Shown in pieces: positions 47,770 through 57,846 of a stretch of 64,000 nucleotides of DNA. The first letter of the stretch is position 1, and every line of letters starts with the position of its first letter. Below the pieces are notes generated by a model. It did not search any database, had not been told where the DNA came from, and was given only the letters and a program-made list of their open reading frames with translations. The translations under genes and the position numbers were made by a program. Source of the stretch: Planctomycetota bacterium. Lineage in GTDB: Bacteria; Planctomycetota; B15-G4; SIAN01. Where the stretch lies: contig JANNXA010000022.1 in NCBI GenBank assembly GCA_031409275.1, forward strand, positions 224,001 to 288,000, given 5' to 3'.

Positions 47770-49191
47770 ATGAATCAGCAGACGCGACGCCACTTCCTCC
47801 TGACCGCTGCACGCGGGGGCGCCGGCCTGCTGGTCGCGCCGAGTCTCGCTCCCCTGCTGAACGCGAACCCGCGCGCGCGCCGCAACTCTGCGCTCGGAAC
47901 GATCCAGGTCGCGCAGATCGGCTGCGGCAGGATGGGGCGCGGCGACCTGCAGGCCATCCTCAAGGTGCCGCTCGCCCGCGTCGTCGCGGTGTGTGACCTC
48001 GATACGACGCGCCTCGCCGCGGCGAAGCAGCTCGCCGAGGAGTTCTATCGGAAGCAGGGCGAGGCGAACGTCGCCGTCCGCGCGTGTCGCGATCACCGCG
48101 AGCTGCTGGCGCTGCCGGAGATCGACGCCGTCGTCGTCAGCACGCCCGACCACACGCACGCGATCGTCGCGATCGAAGCGGCCATCGCCGGCAAACATCT
48201 CTACGTCCAGAAGCCGATCACCTACGACGTCTCCGAAGCGATCGCGCTGCGCAAGGCGGTGCTGGCGAAGGGTGTGGTGCTCCAGACCGGTTCGCAGCAG
48301 CGATCTGATGAGCCGTGGAGCGCGTTCCGGATCGCGGCAGCGGCAGTGCGCAATGGCCGGATCGGCCGCCTCCGCTCGATCCGGATCGGGCTGGGCGTCG
48401 ATGTGCCGAGCGGCCGCAAGCCGGCGCCGATGGAGGTGCCGCCGAATCTCGACTACGAACGGTGGCTCGGCGCCGCACCGGAGCAGCCCTACATGGAGGG
48501 GCGCGTCCACCCCCAGGGCACTCTCGAAGGTCGCCCCGGCTGGATCACCACCGAGGCATTCGGTCTCGGGATGATCACGAACTGGGGCGCTCACCACGTC
48601 GACATCGCGCAGTGGGCGATGGGAGAGGAGCTCGGCGGGCCGCTCACCGCCGAGGGGCGCGCCGACTTCATGACCGACGACGTCTGGACCGTCCATCGTG
48701 GCTACCACGTCGAGCTCACCTATCGCGATGAGGTGAGGGTCGTGATCGACGATGGCTTCGCCGTCGGACTCGAATTCGAAGGGGACGAAGGGACACTCTT
48801 CTGCGCGCGCGGGGAGGCGACTGCGACCGCGAGCGACCCGAACGCGCCGTCCGCCGCGGTCAGCCGCGCGCTGCGGGCGAGCGACGCGAAGATCCTCGAG
48901 CCGCTTGGCGAGCGCGCGATCGTCCTCCCGCCGAGTCGCAACCACTACGTCAACTGGATCGAGTGCATCCGTGATCGTCGCGAGCCGGTGGCGCCGATCG
49001 CGCAGTCCGCGCGCAGTCTGACCGCTTGCTACATCGCGTGGCTCTCGATGAAGCTTGGGCGCAAGCTGCGCTGGGACCCGACCAAGGAGCGGTTCCTCGA
49101 TGACGAAGAGGCCAACGCCCGTCTCGGCCGCCGCGCGCGCCGTGACGACTACGACGTCGCGCTCGCGATGAAGAAGGCGGGACTCGAGTAG
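47770..49191 (+). CDS. Gfo/Idh/MocA oxidoreductase with Tat signal
   Basis: TRRHFL Tat motif, IGCGRMG, STPDHTH, YVQKP, QTGSQQRS, WGAHHVD. Confidence 0.92.
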   Translation: MNQQTRRHFLLTAARGGAGLLVAPSLAPLLNANPRARRNSALGTIQVAQIGCGRMGRGDLQAILKVPLARVVAVCDLDTTRLAAAKQLAEEFYRKQGEANVAVRACRDHRELLALPEIDAVVVSTPDHTHAIVAIEAAIAGKHLYVQKPITYDVSEAIALRKAVLAKGVVLQTGSQQRSDEPWSAFRIAAAAVRNGRIGRLRSIRIGLGVDVPSGRKPAPMEVPPNLDYERWLGAAPEQPYMEGRVHPQGTLEGRPGWITTEAFGLGMITNWGAHHVDIAQWAMGEELGGPLTAEGRADFMTDDVWTVHRGYHVELTYRDEVRVVIDDGFAVGLEFEGDEGTLFCARGEATATASDPNAPSAAVSRALRASDAKILEPLGERAIVLPPSRNHYVNWIECIRDRREPVAPIAQSARSLTACYIAWLSMKLGRKLRWDPTKERFLDDEEANARLGRRARRDDYDVALAMKKAGLE

Positions 49192-49197
49192 GGCCTC

Positions 49198-50244
49198 TCA
49201 GCGAAGCGACTGCAGGTCGATCACGAAGCGGTACTTGACGTCGCCCTTCAGCATGCGCTCGTAGGCGCCGTTGATCGACTGCATCGTGATCCGCTCGATG
49301 TCGGCCGTGATCCGGTGCTTGGCGCAGAAGTCGAGCATCTCCTGCGTCTCGCGGACGCCGCCGATCAGCGAACCGGCGATCGCTTTGCGTCCCATGATCA
49401 GCGGGAAGACGCCGGGGGACGGATGCGGCGTGGCCGGCACTCCCACGAGGCAAAGGGTGCCGTCCCGCGTCAGGCAGGCGAGCAGCGGATCGAGGTCGTG
49501 CGGCGCGGCGACCGTATCGAGGATGAAGCTGAGCCGGCCCGCATGGCGCGCCATCTCGTCGGGCTTGTGGCTGAGGACGATGTCATGGGCACCGAAGGCC
49601 TTGGCATCGGCCACCTTGCCGGGCGACGTCGTGAAGACGACGACCTCGGCCCCCATTGCCGCGGCGAGCTTCACCCCCATGTGGCCGAGGCCGCCGAGCC
49701 CGACGACGCCGATCTTGGAGCCGGGGCCGACCTTCCAGTGGCGCAACGGCGAGTACGTGGTGATGCCGGCGCAGAGGAGCGGTGCGGCGGCGGCGAGGTC
49801 GAGGTTGCGCGGCATCTTCAGGACGAATGCTTCGTCCACGGTGATGTCGGTCGTGTAACCGCCGTAGGTCGGACCGCCCGTGTGCTTGTCGACGCCCATG
49901 TAGGTACCGACGAAACCACCGCCGACGCAATAGTTCTCGAGGTGCTCCCGGCACGATGGACAGGTGCGGCAGGAGTCGACCATGCAGCCCACTCCCACCG
50001 TGTCGCCGACCTTGTGCGTCGTCACCTGCGCGCCGACCGCCGTGACGCGCCCGACGATCTCGTGTCCGGCGATCGCGGGGTACGGGATCGGGCCCCAATC
50101 GCCGCGCACGAAGTGCAGGTCGGAGTGGCAGACGCCGCAGAACGCGATGTCGATCGCCACGTCGGTCGGGCCGGGGCGGCGGCGCTCGATGGTGTGCGGC
50201 GCGAGGGGTGTCGTGGCGGAGAAGGCGGCGAAGGCATGCGTCAT
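49198..50244 (-). CDS. Zn-dependent NAD(P)H alcohol dehydrogenase (cinnamyl-ADH/YahK-like)
   Basis: CGVCHSD, GHEIVG, structural Zn CxxCxxC..C, PLLCAGITTY, GLGGLG, GDVKYRFVID. Confidence 0.95.
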   Translation of the reverse strand: MTHAFAAFSATTPLAPHTIERRRPGPTDVAIDIAFCGVCHSDLHFVRGDWGPIPYPAIAGHEIVGRVTAVGAQVTTHKVGDTVGVGCMVDSCRTCPSCREHLENYCVGGGFVGTYMGVDKHTGGPTYGGYTTDITVDEAFVLKMPRNLDLAAAAPLLCAGITTYSPLRHWKVGPGSKIGVVGLGGLGHMGVKLAAAMGAEVVVFTTSPGKVADAKAFGAHDIVLSHKPDEMARHAGRLSFILDTVAAPHDLDPLLACLTRDGTLCLVGVPATPHPSPGVFPLIMGRKAIAGSLIGGVRETQEMLDFCAKHRITADIERITMQSINGAYERMLKGDVKYRFVIDLQSLR

Positions 50245-50376
50245 CGGCGGCGACCTCGTTGGGTCGGAGTGAATCTACGGCGATCCGCGCGCGCAGCACC
50301 GACTCTTCTGGTGGCGGGGTGGGCGTCCGATCTGCCGGTCACAGGGCTACCATCCTCGACCCGATCGGAGCCCTCG

Positions 50377-53300
50377 ATGCGCACTCGCCAGCAGACTTCC
50401 TTCGCCTTCCTTGCGGTCCTCGCCTTCGCCGCCTTCGCATGCCGCTCCGAACCGGCAAGCGAGGAGCGTGCAGCCGTGACCGCTCCTGCCGCAGCACCCG
50501 AACACGTCCACCACGACGTGTCGGTGCGGCTCGACCCCGACGCGCACCGGATCGAGGGGAGCGACACGATCACGCTGCCCGTGGCGCTGCGCTCGCTGCC
50601 GTTCCGGTTTCGGCTCCACGCCGGGCTCGCGGTCGAGTCGGCGGACGCGTCGTGGAGCGTTCGCCCGCTGCACGACGGGACGGTAACGGACGACGAGGAG
50701 ACCGCGCTCGCCGTTCGCGTGAAGACCTGGGAGGCACGCCCGACGAGCGGTGCGACGCAATGGCCGAGCGATGGCACGCTCTCGCTGCGACTTGCGGGCA
50801 CGATCGATCACCCGATCGTCACCGGTGGCGAGGAGTACGCGAGGAGCTTCGACTCGACCCCCGGAACGATCTCTTCCGAGGGAGTCGTCCTCTCCGGATC
50901 GACGTGGTGGCTTCCCGTCATCGGCGAGGAGCTGATGACGTTCCGGCTGACGGCCGACGTTCCGGAGGCGTGGGAGGTCGTGAGCCAGGGCCGCCGCACG
51001 CGACACGACGTCGTCGCGGCCGGACCGGCCTTGCCCACGCCGGGGCGACGAGTCGTCACGTGGGATTGCCCTCACCCGATGGAAGAGGCCTACCTGATCG
51101 CCGCGCAGTTCACGACCTACGAACGCGCCACCGAGAACGCTCTCGCACAGGCGTTCCTGCGCACCCCCGACCAGAACCTCGCGTCGAAGTACCTCGAGGC
51201 GACGGCGCAGTACCTGGAGATGTACCGCAAGCTCATCGGCCCCTACCCGTTCGAGAAGTTCGCGCTGGTCGAGAACTTCTGGGAGACCGGCTACGGAATG
51301 CCGTCGTTCACGCTGCTCGGCCCGCAGGTGATCCGACTGCCGTTCATCCTCCACTCCTCCTATCCGCACGAGATCCTGCACAACTGGTGGGGCAACTCGG
51401 TCTACGTCGATTGGTCGAAGGGGAACTGGTGCGAAGGGCTCACCGCGTACCTCGCCGACCACCTGATCCGCGAAGGCCAGGGGCGCGGCACGGAGTACCG
51501 CAACGACGCGCTGAAGGGCTACCAGAGCTACGTCGGCGAGTCGCGGGACTTCCCGCTCTCGGAGTTCCGTTCGCGCCACTCGGCCGCGACGCAGGCGGTC
51601 GGCTACGGCAAGTGCCTCATGCTCTGGCACATGCTCCGGATGCGGCTCGGCGACGCAGCGTTCGTGGACGGGCTGCAGCGTTTCTATCGGCGCCACCGAT
51701 TCAAGGTCGCGGCGTGGAGCGACGTCGAAGCGCTCTTCTCCGAGGTCGCACACGAGGACCTTGCGCCGTTCTTCGAGCAATGGGTTCGCCGCACGGGCGC
51801 GCTCGCCTTGTCCCTCGACGTTGCAGCGGGAAGCGACGGCGCGCTGCTGCTCACGTTCGAGCAGACGCAAGGCGGCGAGCCCTACCGCGGCGTCGTGGTT
51901 CCCGTCGCGATCACGTACGCGGGAAGCGCCGACGCGGAGACGGTGCAACTTCGTCTCGATGGTGCGAAGAGCGTGTTGGCGCTGCCGGCTGGTGAACGCG
52001 CGATCGTCCGGATCGACGTCGATCCGGAGTTCGATCTCTTCCGTCGACTCGACGCCTCCGAGACTCCGCCGACGCTCGGAGAGATGTTCGGCGCCGAGCA
52101 GCTCACGCTGATCGTTCCTGCCAAGGGAGCGCCTCTGGCCGCGGAGTGGAATCGCTTCGCGGAGAGCTGGGCCGCCGGTGGCAAGGCGGTCGAGATCGTC
52201 GAGGAGGACCAGATCGAATCGCTGCCCGAAGGCCGGACGGTGTGGGTGCTCGGCTCATCGAACCGCTTCGGTCCCGCGATCCTCGCGAGCCTGACCGCGC
52301 TCGGCGCGACGGTGGACCAATCGCAGGCTCGTTTCGGCGTCGAGTTCGTGCCGCGCGCCGCCCACTCGTTCGCCTACGTCGCTCGCCACCCGCAGAACGA
52401 GAAGCTCACGGCCGGCTGGGTCGGGTCTGACGTCGCGGAAGCGCTGCCCGGACTCGCGCGCAAGCTCCCCCACTACGGCAAGTACTCATTCCTGGCGTTC
52501 CATGGCGAAGCGCCCGACAACGTCGTCAAGGGCACGTGGCCCGCCGACACTGCACCGCTCGTCCGATTCGTCGGTGCGGGAGCCACGTCGAAGCCCCCCC
52601 GTGGCAAGCTCGCGGCGCGGACGGCGCTTGCGAAGCTCGCTCCGGTCGTCGATCCCGCGCGCATGAGCGCGACGGTGAACTTCCTCGCCGACGAGGCGCA
52701 GGAGGGACGCGGCGTCGGGACGGCTGGACTCGACCGCAGCTCCGACTTCATCGCGAAGGCGTTCCTCGACGCCGGGCTGCAGCCGGGCGGAACTTCCGGC
52801 TCGTGGTTCGACCCGTGGACCGAAGAGGGTGGGCCCGACGGGAAACCGGTGACCCTTCGCAACGTGATCGGAGTGCTCCCGGGTCACGACCCGGCATTCG
52901 CCGGGCAGTGCGTCGTCCTGTGCGCTCACTACGACCACCTAGGGCTTGGTTGGCCCGATGTCCGCGAAGGGCAGGCCGGCAAGCTGCATCCCGGCGCCGA
53001 CGACAACGCATCGGGAGTGGCCGTGCTGCTCGAGGTGGCGCGCATCCTCGGTACGGAACTGAAGCCGGCGCGCACGCTGCTCTTCGCTGCCCTCAGCGGC
53101 GAGGAATGGGGGCTCAAGGGCTCGCGCCATTTCGTGAAGAACTCGACGGCGCAGCGGCCGTTCGCCGCGGTCAACCTCGACTCCGTCGGCCGCCTTGGCG
53201 AGAAGAAGCTCCTCGTCCTTGGCGCCGGAACGGCAACCGAGTGGCGGCACATCGCGATGGGCGTCGGTTTCACGACCGGCGTCGAGTCGACCTGCGTTGC

Positions 53301-53829
53301 GGACGATCCAGGCGGCAGCGATCAGGTCGCGTTCCATGAGATCGGCGTTCCCGCAGTACAGCTCTTCACCGGCCCCCATGCCGACTACCACCGACCGACC
53401 GACGTCGCGAGCAAGGTCGACATCGAAGGACTCGTCAAGGTCGGCACGTGGTTGCGCGAGACGGCGGTCTATTTGTCGGAGCGTCCGGAACCGATGACGT
53501 CGACGTTGCCCGCCGTCGGCGCGGCGCCCGAGAAGCCGATCGCGGCCCCACCGCGTAGCGACGCTCGTCGCGTGAGCCTCGGGACGATGCCGGAGTTCGA
53601 GTTCGCCGGGCCAGGAGTGAAGGTCGCTTCCGTCATCGACGGGAGTCCGGCGCAACTCGCTGGGATCGCCGCGGGCGACGTGATCGTCGCGATCGACGGC
53701 GTGGCGATCAGCGACCTGCGCGCTTACAGCGATCTCCTCAAGTCCCACCAGCCCGGCGACACCTTGAAGGTCAGCGTCCGCCGCGGCGACGAGATCAAGG
53801 AACTCGAGGCGCGACTCGTCGCGCGTTGA
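50377..53829 (+). CDS. Lipoprotein fusion: M1 aminopeptidase + M28 peptidase + PDZ
   Basis: Lipobox AFAC; M1 HEILH...E (NWCEG); M28 AHYDHLG, GADDNASG, GEEWG, YHRPTD; C-terminal PDZ (LGTMP..GSPAQLAGI..GDVI). Confidence 0.9.
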   Translation: MRTRQQTSFAFLAVLAFAAFACRSEPASEERAAVTAPAAAPEHVHHDVSVRLDPDAHRIEGSDTITLPVALRSLPFRFRLHAGLAVESADASWSVRPLHDGTVTDDEETALAVRVKTWEARPTSGATQWPSDGTLSLRLAGTIDHPIVTGGEEYARSFDSTPGTISSEGVVLSGSTWWLPVIGEELMTFRLTADVPEAWEVVSQGRRTRHDVVAAGPALPTPGRRVVTWDCPHPMEEAYLIAAQFTTYERATENALAQAFLRTPDQNLASKYLEATAQYLEMYRKLIGPYPFEKFALVENFWETGYGMPSFTLLGPQVIRLPFILHSSYPHEILHNWWGNSVYVDWSKGNWCEGLTAYLADHLIREGQGRGTEYRNDALKGYQSYVGESRDFPLSEFRSRHSAATQAVGYGKCLMLWHMLRMRLGDAAFVDGLQRFYRRHRFKVAAWSDVEALFSEVAHEDLAPFFEQWVRRTGALALSLDVAAGSDGALLLTFEQTQGGEPYRGVVVPVAITYAGSADAETVQLRLDGAKSVLALPAGERAIVRIDVDPEFDLFRRLDASETPPTLGEMFGAEQLTLIVPAKGAPLAAEWNRFAESWAAGGKAVEIVEEDQIESLPEGRTVWVLGSSNRFGPAILASLTALGATVDQSQARFGVEFVPRAAHSFAYVARHPQNEKLTAGWVGSDVAEALPGLARKLPHYGKYSFLAFHGEAPDNVVKGTWPADTAPLVRFVGAGATSKPPRGKLAARTALAKLAPVVDPARMSATVNFLADEAQEGRGVGTAGLDRSSDFIAKAFLDAGLQPGGTSGSWFDPWTEEGGPDGKPVTLRNVIGVLPGHDPAFAGQCVVLCAHYDHLGLGWPDVREGQAGKLHPGADDNASGVAVLLEVARILGTELKPARTLLFAALSGEEWGLKGSRHFVKNSTAQRPFAAVNLDSVGRLGEKKLLVLGAGTATEWRHIAMGVGFTTGVESTCVADDPGGSDQVAFHEIGVPAVQLFTGPHADYHRPTDVASKVDIEGLVKVGTWLRETAVYLSERPEPMTSTLPAVGAAPEKPIAAPPRSDARRVSLGTMPEFEFAGPGVKVASVIDGSPAQLAGIAAGDVIVAIDGVAISDLRAYSDLLKSHQPGDTLKVSVRRGDEIKELEARLVAR

Positions 53830-53867
53830 GGCCGCGCATTCCCCACTCGCCTCGAGCCGACCCGCTC

Positions 53868-55190
53868 TCAGCCGTCCCATCGCAGCGACGCGACGACGTT
53901 CGCGTGCAACGCGCGCCAGCTCGCCGGCGCCGCCGCGGCCGCGCACGAGCGGACCAGCAGGACCTGACCATCGCCGCGGCGGCGAACGTGGAACCGCAGG
54001 CGATTGCCGCTTGCTTCGATCCGAGCCTCGCCGTCGAGCGAGCTCCACTCCTGCGCGCTCGCCGCATCGACCTCCGCGAGGAGCGTGGCGCCCTCCCCCG
54101 CCGCCCACTTCGCGAAGCCCGCGCGGTCGAGCGCTTCGAAGCCGCCTTGCGAGAGCGAGACCGAGACGTTCATCCCGAATCCGCCGTCGAACACGAGCTG
54201 ATGCACGGCGTCGTTGCTGCGTGATTCCCAGCCCCGCGGGAAGCCGATCGATCCGTGCGTCGCGCCGATCGCGGCGAGATCGACCCGTTCGAGCGGCCAA
54301 CGATCGAGCCGCTCGCCTCCACCCACGAGGAACGGAATCGAGGCGCGCGAAGGCGCGAGGAGCCCGAAGCCGAGATCGAGCGCAAACGCGATCGGCACGC
54401 ACGCGAGCAGCGTTCCGCCGAGGACGGTGATCCATGGCCGGTCGCGCGCGGTCGTCGCCCGGCGATGGCGTGGCGAGAGCAGCCAACCGAGGAGCGCACC
54501 GCCGGCGAGTCCGCCGAGGTGGCCCGGGACGGAGACGCTCTGGCTCATGAACAGCGTGAAGACCACTCCGCTGACCGCCCAACGGAGAAATTGCTGGCGC
54601 ACCTGCGCGCCCCAGACGCCGCCGCGGCACTTTCCGTGCGCCCATCCAGCTCCGAGCAACCCGAAGATCGCGCCGCTCGCGCCGAGTCCGCCGGAGTTGA
54701 AAACGACGCACGTCAGCGACGCAAGCAGGGCGGAGCCGAGGTAGACGATGGCGTATCGAAACGCGCCGTACTCCGCTTCGAGCAGCGGCCCGATCGCACG
54801 CAGCGAGGAGAGATTGAACGCGATGTGCAGGATGCCGGCGTGCAGAAACGCCGCCGTCAGCAAGCGCCACACTTCGCCGTCATGGAGCACCGCGAACGGG
54901 TCGAGTGCGCCGAGGAACATCGAGACCTCGATTCGCGGGCCGAGGAATCCGAAGATCCCGCCGACCGACGGCGCGAGCACGGACTTGCCGCTCAGGACGA
55001 GCGCCACGAGGTGGATCACCACGTTGGCGGCGACGAGCAGATCGGTGATCGAGCGGCCGTCGATCCAGCGTCGCAGCCGCTCGGCGCCGCGCCAGCCATG
55101 ACGACGCGCGCCGCAGAACGGGCAGACGGCGTGACTGCGCAGGATCAGCCGCTCGCACTTCTCGCAGACCGCCGCCTGGGTTTCCGGCAA
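53868..55190 (-). CDS. Rhomboid intramembrane serine protease with N-terminal zinc ribbon and C-terminal extension
   Basis: WRLLTAAFLH, HIAFN, GASG, GHLGG; CEKC..CPFC; TTG start after GAGGAA. Confidence 0.87.
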   Translation of the reverse strand: MPETQAAVCEKCERLILRSHAVCPFCGARRHGWRGAERLRRWIDGRSITDLLVAANVVIHLVALVLSGKSVLAPSVGGIFGFLGPRIEVSMFLGALDPFAVLHDGEVWRLLTAAFLHAGILHIAFNLSSLRAIGPLLEAEYGAFRYAIVYLGSALLASLTCVVFNSGGLGASGAIFGLLGAGWAHGKCRGGVWGAQVRQQFLRWAVSGVVFTLFMSQSVSVPGHLGGLAGGALLGWLLSPRHRRATTARDRPWITVLGGTLLACVPIAFALDLGFGLLAPSRASIPFLVGGGERLDRWPLERVDLAAIGATHGSIGFPRGWESRSNDAVHQLVFDGGFGMNVSVSLSQGGFEALDRAGFAKWAAGEGATLLAEVDAASAQEWSSLDGEARIEASGNRLRFHVRRRGDGQVLLVRSCAAAAAPASWRALHANVVASLRWDG

Positions 55191-55248
55191 CTCTTCCTCG
55201 TTTCTGCCAAGAGCACGGCGGCTGCCATCCGCCCGACGGATCTGGACA

Positions 55249-56190
55249 CTACGTTCGATCGCTGAACAGATCACCCGCGAGGTACTTGAGTCCGCTGTCG
55301 CAAGCGACGGTGACGACGATGCGGCCCGGCCCGAGTTCCGCCGCGAGCGCGAGCGCCGCCAGGACGTTCATGCCGGTGGAGGTGCCGGCGAAGACGCCTT
55401 CCTCGCGAGCCAATCGGCGCGCCAGCGCTCGTCCGCTCGCTTCATCGAGCGCGCGCACCTCGCGGGCCACCGAGCGATCGAACTGCGGTGGAACGAAGCC
55501 GGCGCCGGTGCCATCCACTCGATGGGCGCCCGGCGGCGATCCCGATAGGACCGCCGAGGTCGATGGCTCGAGCGCCACGACGCGCACGTCGGGGTCGCGT
55601 CGCCGCAGCACTCGTCCGACCCCCATCAACATTCCGGCCGTCCCCACCATGCCGCAGAAGGCATCCACTCGCGGGAGCGCCTCGACAATCTCGTCGCCGA
55701 TCCGCGCGTAGCCGGCCTGCGCATCGTGGTTCCGGAACTGGTCGGTGTAGTAGACGTTCGGATCGACGCGGATCGCATCCGCCCGCGCCAGCATTCGAGG
55801 CCAGAGGTCCGGGGTCACTCGCCCCTCGCGGCTCGGCTCGACGATCAGATCGGCGCCGAACGCCCGCATCATCTCGAGCTTCTCGCGCGCGTAGGCGTCC
55901 GACGAGATGACGCGAAACGGGTACCCCTTGGCAGCGCAGACGAACGCGAGCGACGAGCCAGTGCTTCCTCCAGTGCATTCGAGCACGACCATGTCGCGCC
56001 GCAGGTCGCCTCGCGCCTCCGCGGCATCGACCATGGCCAACGCCATCCGGTCCTTGTACGAGCCGGTCGGGTTCAAGTACTCGAGCTTGAGGTAGACGTC
56101 GGCGGAGGAGCGCGGCGCCAACCGTTGCAGGCGAATCAGCGGAGTCCGACCGATCGCGTTCAGGATGGTCGCCACCGTCGCCTCCTCCAT
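55249..56190 (-). CDS. PLP-dependent cysteine synthase family protein
   Basis: IGRTPL, KLEYLNPTGSYKDRMA, GTAG, EEGVFAGTSTG, DSGLKY. Confidence 0.9.
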   Translation of the reverse strand: MEEATVATILNAIGRTPLIRLQRLAPRSSADVYLKLEYLNPTGSYKDRMALAMVDAAEARGDLRRDMVVLECTGGSTGSSLAFVCAAKGYPFRVISSDAYAREKLEMMRAFGADLIVEPSREGRVTPDLWPRMLARADAIRVDPNVYYTDQFRNHDAQAGYARIGDEIVEALPRVDAFCGMVGTAGMLMGVGRVLRRRDPDVRVVALEPSTSAVLSGSPPGAHRVDGTGAGFVPPQFDRSVAREVRALDEASGRALARRLAREEGVFAGTSTGMNVLAALALAAELGPGRIVVTVACDSGLKYLAGDLFSDRT

Positions 56191-56420
56191 TGGGACCTCG
56201 CTTGCGCAAAGTACCCGTACCGACTTCCGCCGGCATCGTGGCCGCCGCGCGAACGGAGTCAACGGATCGATCGGAAGGCAGCGCGCCGCGCCGTTTGACT
56301 GCGGATGCGGCCCTTTCGCGGTCGTCGGCGCGGTGATATTTCCGTGATTGGCAACGCGCCACGAGCGGCTATTCCTTCGAGTTCGAAGTGCTGGATCGGT
56401 CCATCCTGGAGAGTCGCCGC

Positions 56421-57764
56421 ATGCATCGCCGCAGCCATGGCCGATTCGATCGCCGCTCGATGCTTCTCCTCGCGCTGCCGCTCGCCCTTCCAGCCTGCGG
56501 CAACGGCACCTCGAACCGGGCGCGCTCGATCGGCGGCCTCGCCGACTTCGGCGCGTTGGCGACCGACCCGGAACGCAATCGCTTCTGCGCGGGCGATGCG
56601 GCGAGCGGCCGTCTCGTCGTCCTCGACGCGGCCGACGGCCAGTTGCAGTTCGACGTGCCAAGCGCCGGACAGAGTGTCGGCGGCCTCCTCTACGAGGCGT
56701 GCAGTCGCTCGCTGTACGTTTCGATCAGCGCGCGCGGACGCTTGTCGACGTTCGATCCGGTGACGATGATCGAGCGCTCCTCGATCCGCCTGCCGAGCGC
56801 TCCCTTCGCGCTCGCGGAAGCGGCCGAACACACGCTGCTGATCGTGACGGCGAACGGCGTGGTCCACTTCGACCCTGTCAGCCGCTCGCTCACCACGCTG
56901 TTGCCGACGATCGCGCGGGACGCCCTCGTCGTCAGCGATCGCGATTCCGAGGTGGGCTGGGTCGCGGAGACCGTGGCCGGGGCGACCACCGTTCATCGAC
57001 TCGATCTGGTGAACCTGACGACGCCCCCCACCAGCAGCGCCGTTTCGCTCGCCGGCGAAGTCGTGGGACTGGCGGTCAGCTGGGACTCCTCCCGTCTTTA
57101 CGTCGGCACCAACGTCGCGCCCGGAATCCACATCCTCGATGCGGCAACGCTCGCCGAGGTTGACGCGATCGACGTCGGCGACGGCCTCACCAGCCTCGCC
57201 TTGAATTCGACCGGGCTGCGCCTCTTCTGGTCGACCGGCGGCCCGCTGGTCGAGAGCGTCATCGTCGAGCCGCCTTTCGTCGGCCCCACCGTCGCACTGC
57301 TCGAAGGGCCGCGCCCACGCGGCTTGGAGCTCGCTCCGAACGGCCAAGACCTCGCGTGCTGGAGCGATCTGGGCGTGCTCGCCACCTACGACGTCCGAAC
57401 GCTGAGCCTTCGGGCTCCGGCCGTGCTGCGGCAGGGCGAGACGGGCACGATGGAACTCCACGGCGAGCCGAAGGGCGCCTACCTCGTCCTGCTCAGTTCG
57501 GAGCCCGGCGCCTTCATCCTCGACCCTCGTCCGGTCGACGATCCGCGCCTCGTCGAGACCTCGCTCACCGCCGGCTTCCAGGTGGTCGCCTCGGGGACGT
57601 TCGATGCCAACGGTGACGCCGTCCTGACCGACGTCGCGCCCACGGGAGCGAACGAAGCGCTCGACACGGTGTGGCAGGTGGCGCAAGCGAAGTCGGCGAC
57701 CAACCCCAGGTTGACCCTCAGCAACGCGATGGTGATCCGCTTCCTCGGACCTGAGTGCCAATAA
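56421..57764 (+). CDS. YVTN/YncE-like beta-propeller lipoprotein with C-terminal beta domain
   Basis: Lipobox LPAC; repeats such as GLAVSWDSSRLYV and ILDAATLAEVDAIDVG; start 56421 or 56460. Confidence 0.75.
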   Translation: MHRRSHGRFDRRSMLLLALPLALPACGNGTSNRARSIGGLADFGALATDPERNRFCAGDAASGRLVVLDAADGQLQFDVPSAGQSVGGLLYEACSRSLYVSISARGRLSTFDPVTMIERSSIRLPSAPFALAEAAEHTLLIVTANGVVHFDPVSRSLTTLLPTIARDALVVSDRDSEVGWVAETVAGATTVHRLDLVNLTTPPTSSAVSLAGEVVGLAVSWDSSRLYVGTNVAPGIHILDAATLAEVDAIDVGDGLTSLALNSTGLRLFWSTGGPLVESVIVEPPFVGPTVALLEGPRPRGLELAPNGQDLACWSDLGVLATYDVRTLSLRAPAVLRQGETGTMELHGEPKGAYLVLLSSEPGAFILDPRPVDDPRLVETSLTAGFQVVASGTFDANGDAVLTDVAPTGANEALDTVWQVAQAKSATNPRLTLSNAMVIRFLGPECQ

Positions 57765-57846
57765 GCGTCGCGACGGATCGCGGCGGTCCGCGACCGGAGC
57801 CGCCGCGCGACGGCGGTTCGGTGCAACTCTCCCAAGAGCCTGATCG

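Noticed and set aside
49315..50376. Apparent 354-aa N-terminal extension of the peptidase ORF (1504 aa in the track)
   Set aside because: Overlaps the alcohol dehydrogenase on the opposite strand; the real start with RBS and lipoprotein signal is at 50377
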